From: Eledone cirrhosa
Taxonomy: Eukaryota
Length of the DNA: 64,000 nt
Reading direction: 5' to 3'
Assembly: GCA_964016885.1 (NCBI GenBank)
Contig: OZ024742.1
Span: forward strand, 6,386,001-6,450,000
The translations under genes and the position numbers were made by a program. The notes below the pieces were generated by a model. The model was not told where the DNA came from and made no database searches. It saw nothing but the letters and a program-made list of their open reading frames with translations. The first letter of the stretch is position 1. Every line of letters begins with the position of its first letter. Shown here one piece after another: positions 41,301 through 53,353 of the stretch.

Positions 41301-43270
41301 AGATAATAACAGGAAACAACAGAAAACAAAAGAAAACAACAGAAAATAACAGAAAATAACAGAAAACAACAGAAAACAAAAGAAAATAACAGAAAATAAC
41401 AGAAAACAACAGAAAACAAAAGAAAATAACAGAAAACAACAGAAAACAAAAGAAAACAACAGAAAATAACAGAAAATAACAGAAAACAACAGAAAACAAA
41501 AGAAAATAACAGAAAACAACAGAAAATTAAAGAAAACAACAGAAAATAACAGAAAATAACAGAAAATAACAGAAAACAACAGAAAACAACAGAAAATAAC
41601 AGAAAACAACAGAAAACAAAAGAAAACAACAGAAAATAACAGAAAATAACAGAAAACAACAGAAAACAAAAGAAAATAACAGAAAACAACAGGAAACAAC
41701 AGAAAATAACAGAAAATAACAGAAAACAACAGAAAATAACAGAAAACAACAGAAAACAAAAGAAAATAACAGAAAACAACAGAAAACAACAGAAAATAAC
41801 AGAAAATAACAGAAAACAACAGAAAATAACAGAAAACAACAGAAAACAAAAGAAAATAACAGAAAACAACAGAAAACAACAGAAAACAAAAGAAAACAAC
41901 AGAAAACAACAGAAAACAACAGAAAACAACAGAAAACAACAGAAAACAAAAGAAAACAACAGAAAACAACAGAAAACAACAGAAAACAACAGAAAACAAC
42001 AGAAAACAACAGAAAACAAAAGAAAACAACAGAAAACAACAGAAAACAACAGAAAACAACAGAAAATAACAGAAAACAACAGAAAACAACAGAAAACAAC
42101 AGAAAACAACAGAAAATAACAGAAAACAACAGAAAACAACAGAAAACAAAAGAAAACAACAGAAAACAACAGAAAACAAAAGAAAACAACAGAAAATAAC
42201 AGAAAATAACAGAAAACAACAGAAAACAAAAGAAAGTAACAGAAAATAACAGAAAACAACAGAAAACAAAAGAAAATAACAGAAAACAACAGAAAACAAA
42301 AGAAAACAACAGAAAATAACAGAAAATAACAGAAAATAACAGAAAATAACAGAAAACAACAGAAAACAAAAGAAAATAACAGAAAACAACAGAAAACAAA
42401 AGAAAACAACAGAAAATAACAGAAAATAACAGAAAACAACAGAAAACAACAGAAAACAAAAGAAAATAACAGAAAACAACAGAAAACAAAAGAAAACAAC
42501 AGAAAATAACAGAAAACAACAGAAAACAAAAGAAAACAACAGAAAATAACAGAAAACAACAGAAAACAAAAGAAAACAACAGAAAATAACAGAAAACAAC
42601 AGAAAACAAAAGAAAACAACAGAAAATAACAGAAAACAACAGAAAACAAAAGAAAACAACAGAAAATAACAGAAAACAACAGAAAACAACAGAAAATAAC
42701 AGAAATCAACAGAAAACAAAAGAAAACAACAGAAAATAACAGAAAATAACAGAAAACAACAGAAAACAAAAGAAAATAACAGAAAACAACAGAAAACAAC
42801 AGAAAACAAAAGAAAACAACAGAAAATAACAGAAAACAACAGAAAACAACAGGAAACAACAGAAAACAAAAGAAAATAACAGAAAACAACAGAAAACAAA
42901 AGAAAACAACAGAAAACAACAGAAAACAAAAGAAAACAACAGAAAACAACAGAAAATAACAGAAAACAACAGAAAACAACAGAGAACAACAGAAAACAAA
43001 AGAAAAGAACAGAAAATAACAGACAACAACAGAAAACAACAGAAAACAAAAGAAAACAACAGAAATTAACAGAAAACAACAGAAAACTACAGAAAACAAC
43101 AGAAAACAACAGAAAACGACAGAAAACAAAAGAAAACAACAGAAAACAACAGAAAACAACAGAAAACAACAGAAAACAAAAGAAAACACAAAAAAAAAAC
43201 AGAAAACAAAAGAAAACAACAGAAAACAACAGAAAACAACAGAAAACAACAGAAAACAACAGAAAACAAC
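32384..43270. repeat. 10-bp satellite (AGAAAACAAC)n, ~1090 units; main variants AGAAAATAAC, AGAAAACAAA, AGGAAACAAC
   Basis: Directly visible; accounts for all the giant F/L/C/V/S minus-strand ORFs. Confidence 0.98.
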
Positions 43271-43440
43271 GAGAACTGAAATCAAACATTCCCGAATTAA
43301 AACAACACAAAAACAAAGAAAGTCATCAATATACAGAGAAGGATTCATGTTGGCAGAGGGTCAAAAGATGATCACAAAGATGATGTAGAATAACAAGGCA
43401 CTGAGGAAAACTCCCTGATGTGTAATTCACATCAGGGAAA

Positions 43441-43796
43441 TATAATAATTCTTCTTAGCATTGGCACAAGATCAGTAAATTGAGGGAAGAGAGGCGATGT
43501 TGTATATCTCATCCCTCAGTATTTAACTGGTACTTTATTTTATCGACCCCTGGAAGGAGGGAAGTTGTTTATATCGAGCCCGGTATTTAACTGGTACCAT
43601 ATTCTATGGACCTACGAAGGGTTGAAGTTGATATCAACACCAGTAGTCAACTGGTACTTTTTTTTATAGAATCCCGAGAGGCTGAAAGTCAAAATTAACC
43701 TCGGTGGGATTTGAACTCAGAACGTAGAAAGTCGTAACAAAAATAGTGCAAATCATTTTATCTGACGCTCTACCAATTCTGCTAATCCACGGCCAT
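43441..43796 (-). mobile_element. Older SINE copy with an internally triplicated core segment
   Basis: GGCACAAG tail end; AACTGGTAC repeated at ~43524, ~43589, ~43649; GGATTTGAACTC (B-box reverse complement) at ~43707. Confidence 0.75.
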
Positions 43797-44385
43797 ATCA
43801 AATATAAAATTAATCATAAGAAAAACAATAAAACAAATAAACGAACACAACAAACAATCTCTAAATGAGTTGTTGTGTAGTGATAGGAAATATGAAATAT
43901 TTCCTCTTGTCTGATGGAGTAGTTAATAACATCCTCTTGGCAAGATGTCGGCAACTCTTTAACTAGAAATAAGTAGTAAATAGTTTACACAACGAAAACA
44001 AGTATATACAGATATGATTAACATAGAAACACTCTACATCTGCCAGTCAGATATAGATATGATAGGATACACGCCAAGATATTGTAACAATAATAATGAT
44101 AATAACGATTTCATTTATTAGCTACAAGGGCCGACATGTAGGGGACAATACAAAGACATGGACAGTGGGGAGTTTACAATAAGGTCGAGTAAAAGTGCAC
44201 AATGGCAAGACTAATTTAACAATGAAAATATAAAAATATAAAATAAACTATGCATAAATATAACAAAATAAATTCCCCGATAGGGGGTGGACGACCCTGG
44301 GGTGACTCGGGTACCCCACCAATCCTGAACCACCCTGCGCTTCTAGGGCACCCAGGGAGAGCACCCCTTCCTCAAGTTAGCGAGC

Positions 44386-47300
44386 CTATAGGCGCATGGT
44401 CAGAGTAGGCCCATTCACACGAGCCATTCTCGCCACATTCACCCACCTTTTAGCAAATGTACTGGGGGGCAGCACTTCTCTCTCCACCCTCACCTTCCTT
44501 TCCAGGTGAAACTTGAAGAAGTTGATGAGGGATTGGCCGAAGAGAAAAGTGTCTGTCTTCAGTCCTTTTAACCTGGTCCACCATATAACCTCTTTCGCAA
44601 CTGCCACCAGTCAGAGGAAAATTTCCTGCTCTTCCTGATCTAAGGAAGGCGGTGGATCGATCTTCACTATGGACTCGACCGATAGCCGGATTCGTTCCAC
44701 ACGCGACAGTAGCTGTTCAACATAACTCCACAAGTCAGTAATGCACGGACATTGGACAAGTCCGTGCAGAACGGTTTCGTCGTTCTGTGCGCATCTTGGG
44801 CAGGTCCGTCTGACAGCACTTCCGTGCCTGTAGAGTTTATCCCGAACCGGCAGTGCCCCCCGGTAGCACTGCCAAGCGAGGGATTTCTGGAAATTGTCCA
44901 TCGTCCCCGGCTCAAAAGTCCTCCGGTACAGACTGGTCAGTTCGACTTCGTCGAGGCCCAAAGCTTCTCCGAGTGCGTCATTGCACTTGCCCACCACTAA
45001 TCCTCTATAGAACTCGAGAGTGGAAGTTACACTGATCGCATTGCCCGCTTGGTAGAGGGCAGTGAGTGCCTGGCAACATTCCAGGTGCCAGTCACCCAGT
45101 CTCGGTCTGTTCTTGACCCAGGATTGCAGCTCAGTCAAAGAAATGAGCTGCAGAAAGGCCCGTCTGATAAACGGCGACCACACCTGTTCACCGTTGAGAC
45201 AGAATATCTGGAGATGTCGCAGCCTCAACGCATGTCTGCGCATCATTAGCCACGGCATGCCAAGCCCTCCGCATAGAGGGTGCTGGCAGCAGATGGACCA
45301 CCTCCCCAACGGAACTTGTCCTCTCCACAAGAATTTGAAGAGGACCGTTCCAACTTGACGAAGCTCGGACGGGGGCAATGCACGACGGTCAGGCGGTAGT
45401 AGATGACGGACGCGATGTACGCATTCGCCAACCTTTCAGTGATAGCTTCCTCCCAGCCCATTTTTGGGTGAGACTGGCTACTTTGCTCGTTACCTCGACC
45501 CAATTCTTTTCCACCTGGAGGTCTGGTCTGAACCAAACCCCGAGCAACTTTACCGGTCCGTCCGTCCAGCGCCCCACGACGCTGGTGGACGGCATGGGCT
45601 TACCTCTCTAGGTTCCGAGTTGCAAGACCACCGACTTTTCCGGGTTAAGTTTGGCTCCTGTCAATCTTTCATATTCCTTCAATAAGGTGCCGACCACCTC
45701 GATTTCTGAGGTGTTCGACACCATCACGGTGATGTCGTCCGCATAAGCCGACACCGCCTTTCCACGTCCCGGTTCGAGCGGGATGCCCTGCAACAGCTCC
45801 AGCTTCCGCAGTAAAGGCTCGAGATTCAATAAGTACAGAAGGGAAGAGAGAGGGCACCCTTGACGGACCGATCGGGAGAGCCGAAATGGTTCCGAGAGGT
45901 GGCCATTAACCTTGACCACCGAGCGTGTGCCGCTGTGCATTGCAGCGATCCAGCTTCTGAAGACAGGGCCGAAGCCAGCTGCTTTGAGGACAAAGTCCAG
46001 ATACCGATGGTCGACCCTATCGAATGCTTTCGATTGATCTAAATTGATCAGTGCCCCACCGAAGCCAGGTTTACACCATACCCTCTCTATGATGTATCGC
46101 ATGAGGTGTACATTGTCGTGTATGGACCTGGCAGGGATTGCGCAAGTTTGCGCCTCCCCAACCAAATCCTCGACGACAAGCACCAATCTATTTGCTAACA
46201 CCTTGGCCAAAATCTTAAACTCTGTGTTGAGCAGAGTTATGGGCCTGAAGTTGTCTAATGTATCCCTCTTGTTCTGGTCTTTCCTTATCAGCGTCACCAC
46301 TCCCCTGCTCACAGAAACTGGGAATACTCCCATTCTGCTGCCAGTTGCAGTAAAGTGCTTCGAGGAGTTCGGAGAACAAGTCTGGCATATTTACGTAAAG
46401 CTCGTAGGGCAGGCCATCCAAACCGGGTGACTTGCGCCTTATGCAGCCGACAAGGGCGTCCTGAATTTCGGCTGAAGTAATCGGCCTTTCGCAGCGCTCA
46501 GCGTCGACCGTCGAGATGCGCGGCAAGCCGTCAAGATAGGGACTGAAATCCGCTACTCTCTCTGACTCGCCACTCTCCCCGAACAACCGAGCAAAGTGCT
46601 GGCGAAAGGCCTCACACATCCGCTTGGAATCGCTTATCTCGTGTCCGTCTCGGTCCGCCAAAGACCGAATTGTGGTTTTATTACCACGCTGCGCCTCCGC
46701 CACGCGGGCCCATCGAACAGCTTTGGTTCCCTCGTTTCTCAGCCCACGCGCCTTAGCTCTGACAATGCAACCTTCGTGTTTCGCATTGAAGAAATGGTCT
46801 AATGCCATTCTCGCCGCTAGCACGTCAGTTGCAATGCCACTACAAATAGCCTCATCTAACTTATCTACCAGCTCCCCCTCCTTTCTATTTTTCTCTAACA
46901 CTAGTTCTTTGCTGAACTCTATCGAAGTTACTCATATCTCTCTTTTGAGAGCCCCTCACCATCTGTTGTTGATGATCCCCCCTGTCAACTTTTGCTTAAC
47001 TAAATTGTTGACTCGGTCCCTGTAAGCCTTACGTGCCGGAAATGACATGTTCAGCTTCCAGTAACCCGGTCCTAACCTACGCGTTTTATCTAGGTCGACC
47101 GTACAGATCACAATTTTGTGACCTGAATAGGCGACCGTTTTAAAAAGTGGGCAGCCCACACTATTTCTATCTATTTTCCTAATGAAGATCCTGTCTATAT
47201 ACGATCTAGATGACCCCATTCGGTTGGTCCATGTCCATACTGGCACATTGGGGAAATCTAGTCGATACCTGTCAGACAGTTGGAACTGGCTGAGTAGGTG

Positions 47301-47795
47301 CTTGAGGCTTTTGCACCCCCCGCTCCTATCAGCTACTCCCACACAATCCCAGCGTGCGTCTAAGATGCCATTCCAATCCCCCGCTAACAGTAAAGGGCGA
47401 GACGTACCCAGAAAGGTCTACAGGCGCCTAAAGAAGTCCGGTCGTCCGGCCCCTGTAGGGGCGTAAACCGCCAGCAGTCTAAAGGCACCATTTCGCTACT
47501 GCTCACATCCAAGACCACCAACTTACCGTCCGGGTCCCGGAAGATCGACATTACCTCGAGATCCAGTCCTTTCCTAAACAGCACTGCCACCCCACCCCCA
47601 TTCCCGGTCTGCTAACAGATGCGAATATCTGATTCCGTCGAAAATGGGGGCTAGTGCGCGCGTGTCGGAAATTCTGCTCTCGCTGACGGCAATCACATCC
47701 ATTTCCAGCGACCGGAGGTCGTTGAGCAGGCGACCCTGCTTCCAGGGTGACCCCAGGCCGCGAACATTTAAACTTCCTACTCTTAATATGGCCAT
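44386..47795 (-). pseudogene. LINE ORF2: APE endonuclease, reverse transcriptase and zinc-binding C-terminus, split by frameshifts/stops
   Basis: SLNVRGL...DVIAVSE; WTWTN...SRSYIDRIF; GPGYWKLN; KSPGLDGLPYE; NFRPITLLNTEFKILAKVLANRL; DQSKAFDRVDH; VRQGCPLS; YADDI; GGLGMP; CPRC...ETVLHGLVQC. Confidence 0.95.
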
Positions 47796-47824
47796 ATTGG
47801 TAAGCTAAGAGAGAGAGGGAAGGT

Positions 47825-49743
47825 TTACTTACCTCCCGGGGTCTTGTGAAGGTCGGGTGGTTCGACCTCCATGGTTGGTGGGGTTTCTTTTGGGAACCCC
47901 TTTAAAAGTCTTGATGTGGGTTTCACATTCGGGGTTCCCACGTCTTGAGGAAAGCTCTCTCCAATTTCTTTGAAGGAATTGAGTGACATTCGGACTAGAA
48001 GCAAATCTTCTGGCACGCAAAATGTGCTCATTTAAAAAATCTCCCCCTCTGTTTGAATGTCCTCGCTTCGTGCTAAGAGGGCCATCAGTTTATCGTTGGC
48101 CCTTCTGACAAGCACGAAGTTTTTAACATTTTGTTGGTGTGGTCTTATTTGTTTTCGTTTTGGTGACTGTGGTGGTGATGGTTTTGGTGGTGTTGTTTCG
48201 GGTATGTCTGTGTTTGTTGTAGGTGTGGTGTCTGCAATTTTAGGCATTTGTGTTTATTTGTACTTGTGTTTGTTTAGGTTGTTTGCGTTTCGGGGATTGT
48301 GGAGGTGGTGTCGATGTTGCTGTTGGTGATGATGTTATTGGGGAAATGTTTGCGTTAATGGTGTCTGTATTTTTTGTTGTGTATGTTTTTCTGTTTTGTT
48401 GGGGCTTTTTTGTGTGAGTTTTCTGGGGTTTTTTGCACTTTTGGGTTTTCCTTCATCTTCGCTGCTGGAAGACAAAAGGGTCTGTGGCTGTGAGTGTCTC
48501 TGTGTCTATGTGTGCATTTATTGTTTTGTCTATGTGTATAATTGGGGGGGGGGGGGGGGGGTGAGAGCTTTCCTCTTTTTCCCCTTGGATTGGTTTTGGT
48601 GTTGGTGGTGATCCGGCTGTTTTTGATGTTGGTGTCCGTGTTTTTGGTGGTGGCGGTGCTTTCCGTGCTGACACTGGCGTTGGCAACAAAGGAGGTTTGC
48701 GACCCCCTGCATTTTTGCGCTGAGGGCAGAAGGCTTGCAGATGCGTTGCTCCCCGCAGACGAAGCAGCGTGGCCTTCTTCCGTCAATGATTAGTTGGATT
48801 GTTGTCCCGTCCTGCAGGCGGGCAAAATCCGGGATGTTGTTCATGTCCTCCGGTTTCATTTGGAGAAGAATCTCCAAATCCATTCCGGATCAGTCCTCTC
48901 TCTCTGTCCTTTTGATATCCAGGAGGGTAGTGTCTGTCCCCTCCTCGATTACGCATCCCAGCAGCCACCATATGTTCATTCATGGTGGGATGCTGGGAAT
49001 GCGTACCTTTGCTGTCCTTTTACCCATGTAGGACGGATGCATGATAATGCGTTCCATTCTGCAGGGGATCAACGAGTGCTTAATAGCGAGAGCCTCGGTT
49101 TTGAACAGTACCGAGATGGTACCGAACTGTTTGCCTCTTGCTTTATACTCTATGTTACTTCCGATGTACTCCAAAGCAGAGGCTTGGCTGGCAAGTTCCA
49201 CTTTTCGGACTGCACCGAAATGCATCGAAAGAACACCGTCCTCCGTTGCATGGCCGCTATTGCCTCGTCCGGGATGGTCAGGTTTGCCCAGGACTTCTCC
49301 CGTTTAATTAGCCTCCACGCTTTGGCCAACTGTTCGTCTTTATCGCTAATATCAATATTAATATTCAATAAGCGCTTTGTTTTTGATGCTGCTGCAGCAA
49401 ATGTGGTGCTTCTGATGCTCTTATTGTTGGTGTTGTTATTGGTGTTGTTGTTGTTGTTTTGTTTGTTGATGCTGTTGCCACCGCCATCCGTGTTTACATT
49501 GAAGCTGTCGGTCTTTTTGCTCTGAGTTGTTGTGGTGGCGGTGGCGGTGGTGGTGATGTTTTCAGATGATACTGCTGCTATCACAGAAGGTTGTGATGGT
49601 AGCTTTTTAGTTTTGCCTTCACATTCAGTAGAGTGGATGACAGGCATGACTGTAGCCGTCGTAGTCGTGGTGAAATCTGCAGTGGCTGCCTTTAAACTTT
49701 TGACCTGAACGTTGTTTACCGTTTCAAGGTCGAAAATTTCCAT
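47825..49743 (-). pseudogene. LINE ORF1 (gag-like, CCHC zinc knuckle), frameshifted
   Basis: Starts MEIFDLETV at 49743; Thr/Asn-rich low-complexity tracts; GRRPRCFVCGEQ then, after a 1-nt shift, HLQAFCP (CX2CX4HX4C); ends just upstream of the ORF2 ATG. Confidence 0.8.
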
Positions 49744-49975
49744 AATTTTTTGGGGTGGGGAAGCGATTTTTTCGAAGTTTTAAAAAAATAAATCTGAATA
49801 TTCGGTCTTGAGAGGTATCCCTCTCTTTAAATCAAGATGTGTACCTTAAGTTTCGTTAACGACAAGAAAATACAAAAAATGACACTTTAAAACAGCTTAA
49901 AGTTACGAACCTTTTCCCCGCAGATTTGTACCGTCTTCACACATGTGCGGCCATAATAACAATGATAATAACAAC

Positions 49976-50098
49976 AACAATAATTGTTTCTACTTTTGGC
50001 ACAAGGCCAGCAAATACCCAGTACATTACTGGTACTTTATTTTATCGACCCCATAAGGATGAAAGGCAAAGTTAACCTCGGCGGGATTTGAACTCAGA
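49976..50098 (-). mobile_element. SINE, 5'-truncated at the B-box
   Basis: Nearly identical to 31618-31735 (TTTTGGCACAAGGCCAGCAA...GTTAACCTCGGCGGGATTTGAACTCAG). Confidence 0.88.
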
Positions 50099-50256
50099 AG
50101 AGAGAGAGGGGGAGGGGGTAAAGAGAGAGAGTGGGGAGGTGGAAGAGAGAGAGAGGGGGTAAAGAGAGAAAGTGGGGAGGTGGAAGAGAGAGAGAGGGGG
50201 TAAAGAGAGAGAGTGAGGAGGTGGAAGAGAGAGAGAGGGGTAGGGAGAGAGGGAGA
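50098..50256. repeat. Purine-rich ~40-bp tandem repeat, ~3.5 copies (GGGGTAAAGAGAGAGAGTGGGGAGGTGGAAGAGAGAGAGA)
   Basis: Directly visible. Confidence 0.85.
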
Positions 50257-50639
50257 AAAAAAACCCAAATTCTTACACGAATTATTAAGAGTAAAATATA
50301 AAAGACACGCGGGTTAAATAGTTATTTCAAAACCAATATTAATTCCTCGTGTAAAGAACTCAATTAATAAAAGAAAATAAATACATATATGGATGTAATT
50401 ATATACGTAGGCATATATATATATTTTCCTAGGCTAAAAAACATATATATATATATATGAATATGAAAAAGTGGTGTGCTGGGTGGCTGCAAATGGGTTA
50501 CATATGAATAAATTTAGTCCTTCATCAGTGATCTGCCAACCTTCATTGGTATTTATGTATATATAAGCATACATACAGTATACACTTTCATGTGCACGCA
50601 TTTATATATGTCTATGTGCACTTAAATAAATGTATATGC

Positions 50640-50642
50640 GTA

Positions 50643-50703
<61 letters not shown>

Positions 50704-50752
50704 ACATACACTCACGTATATATATATATTTATATATATATATATATATATA
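50640..50752. repeat. (TA)n-rich microsatellite
   Basis: Directly visible. Confidence 0.9.
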
Positions 50753-51093
50753 TTAATAAGGTAATGGATTCTTTTACAATGGAATCAGCTCGAATGAGGA
50801 AAAAATATCCCTTGAGCAGTGTATAAATTAATATGTATGTGATGAAACACAGATACCAACACATCTGTATATATATTGCGAAAGAAAAATTTAGCCAGAA
50901 TTAATTTATATTAATTTATATTAATTTATATATATATATATATTGTTATACTTTTGGAGGGTCATGTTGCCAATAAGAAACACGCGCACCATATGCTTTC
51001 ACTTCAATTTATTATAATAAATTTATAAATTTAGGAATTTATAAATTTCCGGTTGGTTGGTTGGTTCCACAACCAGATGGTTGTTTATATATT

Positions 51094-51136
51094 GTCAAAG
51101 TTCTTTCGTCACAAATTCTGTGACCTCTTCAGTGAC
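51094..51136 (-). ncRNA. Minimal type I hammerhead ribozyme
   Basis: Minus strand: GTCA-CTGAAGA-G-GTCACA-GAATT-TGTGAC-GAAA-GAA-CTT-TGAC; stem I GTCA/TGAC, 6-bp stem II, NUH triplet CUU. Confidence 0.75.
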
Positions 51137-51301
51137 TGGGGATTCTTTTCTTTGTTTTTTGTGCCTCTCCTTTGTTCTGTCCTACGCCATCTTGTTTTTG
51201 TGTGTATGTTGTGTGCTTAGTTTGCGCATGTGTTACATCCGGGTGTCTGTGTGTGTTTATATTCGTTTATGTATTTGTTTATTTACATATTACTGTCTAA
51301 T

Positions 51302-51394
51302 AGACAAATCACAGAGGCAATAAACATAAATGAATTACAACCAAAATTAAATAGAAAACATGAGTGGAACAGCAACATCACAACTTACAATTAA
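51302..51394 (+). pseudogene. C-terminal fragment of a Penelope-type GIY-YIG endonuclease
   Basis: RQITEAININELQPKLNRKHEWNSNITTYN* fits the R.I.EAI.I....P.LN end motif of PLE GIY-YIG domains; not in the ORF track. Confidence 0.75.
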
Positions 51395-51594
51395 GGACAA
51401 AATGAAAATAAACACACACATAGAACAACCAACCAACCAGTAACATGTAAATAAACAAATAAATAAACGAATATAAACACACACAGACACCCGGATGTAA
51501 CGCATGCGCAAACTAAGCACACAACAAACACAAAAACAAGATGACGTAGGACAGAACAAAGGAGAGGCACAAAAAACAAAGAAAAGAATCCCCA

Positions 51595-51637
51595 GTCACT
51601 GAAGAGGTCACAGAATGTGTGACGAAAGAACTGTGAC
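51595..51637 (+). ncRNA. Minimal type I hammerhead ribozyme with a non-canonical CUG triplet
   Basis: GTCA-CTGAAGA(51599-51605)-G-GTCACA-GAATG-TGTGAC-GAAA(51624-51627)-GAA-CTG-TGAC. Confidence 0.7.
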
Positions 51638-51842
51638 AATATATAAACCATCTGGTTGTGGAACCAACCAACCAACCGGAAATTTATAAATTCCTAAATT
51701 TATAAATTTATTATAATAAATTGAAGTGAAAGCAACTGGTGCGTGTGTTTCTTATTGGCAACATGACCCTCCCAAAGTATAACAATATCAGTTTCAACAC
51801 ACGTTTTCAGATAAAGAATATTGCTAAACAAATTCAGAAACG

Positions 51843-51887
<45 letters not shown>

Positions 51888-51893
51888 CGTGTT

Positions 51894-51930
<37 letters not shown>

Positions 51931-52224
51931 ACGTATTTACGTTAGCCAAGAGGAATTTCTTTTACCCGTCTTCTCGTCTTCCGCGTATGGAACACGAAAT
52001 CGTGCTGATACATCGGTGAATAAGACAGTTTCTCTATACGGAGATGGCGAATATGTCTTATGAAACAATACTTAAGAAACCACTGGCAGAAAGCAAGAAT
52101 TTAACATCAAAGGTTTAGCCAAGACAGTGCTACTTTCGTGTAGTTAACCGGAAATACGTAAATGTTGATATGTAGAATAACTGTCAGATCTAAGCCATCT
52201 CCGCCATCTTTCTTCTCCCCTCTT

Positions 52225-52410
<186 letters not shown>

Positions 52411-52678
52411 GAAACTTTGTGTGTTTACAGGTGTGTTGTGTGTATATAAGTGAGTGTATGTATGTGTTTATGGATGTGTATGTATGTACGTCTTTATGGA
52501 TGTGTATGTATGTATGTATGTACGTATGCGCTTGTATACATACGTGTGTGTGTGTGTAGAATATATGGTAGAATAAACAGCTGTATTTTATACAAATAGA
52601 TGAATATTATCTACTTATTTATATGTCCCTCTCTCTAATTATCTCTCTCACTATCTGTCTATCTCTCTATCAAGTTAA

Positions 52679-52693
52679 TATATATATATATAT

Positions 52694-52757
<64 letters not shown>

Positions 52758-52765
52758 TATATATA
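52679..52765. repeat. (TA)n microsatellite
   Basis: Directly visible. Confidence 0.95.
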
Positions 52766-53353
52766 TCCGTTTCGCTATCTCTGTATATCTATACTTAAGT
52801 GAACAACATGTTAAATTGTGTAAACAAGTCTAGTATAATAGGATATTTTGAAAGTTGTGCACATAACAATACGCTGACGAAAGTTTTGCTTCTGCAAACC
52901 CTGACATAAGCGAGCTCTTTCATGAAGATAGACTTTAATAGACTAAACACTACATTGTCAGTTCTGTTGTATCCCACTAGAAGACTCGCATTAACGTGCC
53001 ACTGCGTTCCTTAGACAGCAGCCCTTCTGTGGAAGGAACTTCGTGAAGTAAGGTGGCTGTTACAGCAGGTGTTGCTGGCCATTCTCTGTGACAATGACTT
53101 TGTCCTCTGGGAGCAGCTGAAACCCCACTCAGTATTAGCTGTAGGGTCTATCCTTCCCCCTCTCTTTTTCTCCCGTTCTTTAATTATTTTATTTTTATTC
53201 GTTGCCTCACCTTTTTCCTTTTGTTTCCTTATTACCATGTATGTTATACAGTTTCTATCACATTTTCCAAACCTTATTTCACTCAATGTGAAATTTACTT
53301 TATGAGAACTTTTCGTATACCACAAATTGTTAGATATCGACTAGAGGTAAGAC

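Larger units (their letters stand above)
44110..49952 (-). mobile_element. Full-length (~5.85 kb) L1/Tx1-clade non-LTR retrotransposon, frameshifted
   Basis: 5' UTR, ORF1, ORF2 (APE-RT-Cys/His), 3' UTR with minus-strand AATAAA at ~44115; both ends abut (AAT/AAC)n sequence sharing AATGATAATAAC. Confidence 0.93.
50940..51788 (+). mobile_element. 5'-truncated Penelope-like element with an inverted pLTR copy (arms 50940-51295 and 51438-51788, 142-bp spacer)
   Basis: Arms are reverse complements; spacer encodes a GIY-YIG-like C-terminus; hammerhead core in each arm; (TA)n context. Confidence 0.85.

Noticed and set aside
32102-43348. 2862-3748 aa hydrophobic minus-strand ORFs as a membrane protein
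   Set aside because: The GTTGTTTTCT unit and its common variants contain no stop codon, so all three frames are open; the 10-bp period and indels ignore codon phase
44752-49525. Plus-strand ORFs overlapping the LINE
   Set aside because: Antisense shadows of GC-rich ORF1/ORF2 with no recognisable motifs
50490-50550. Another hammerhead (minus strand CACTGATGAAGGACTAA)
   Set aside because: No complementary stem II or downstream GAAA; at most a decayed remnant
52795-53325. Short ORFs as host exons
   Set aside because: No recognisable domain or convincing splice-site pair
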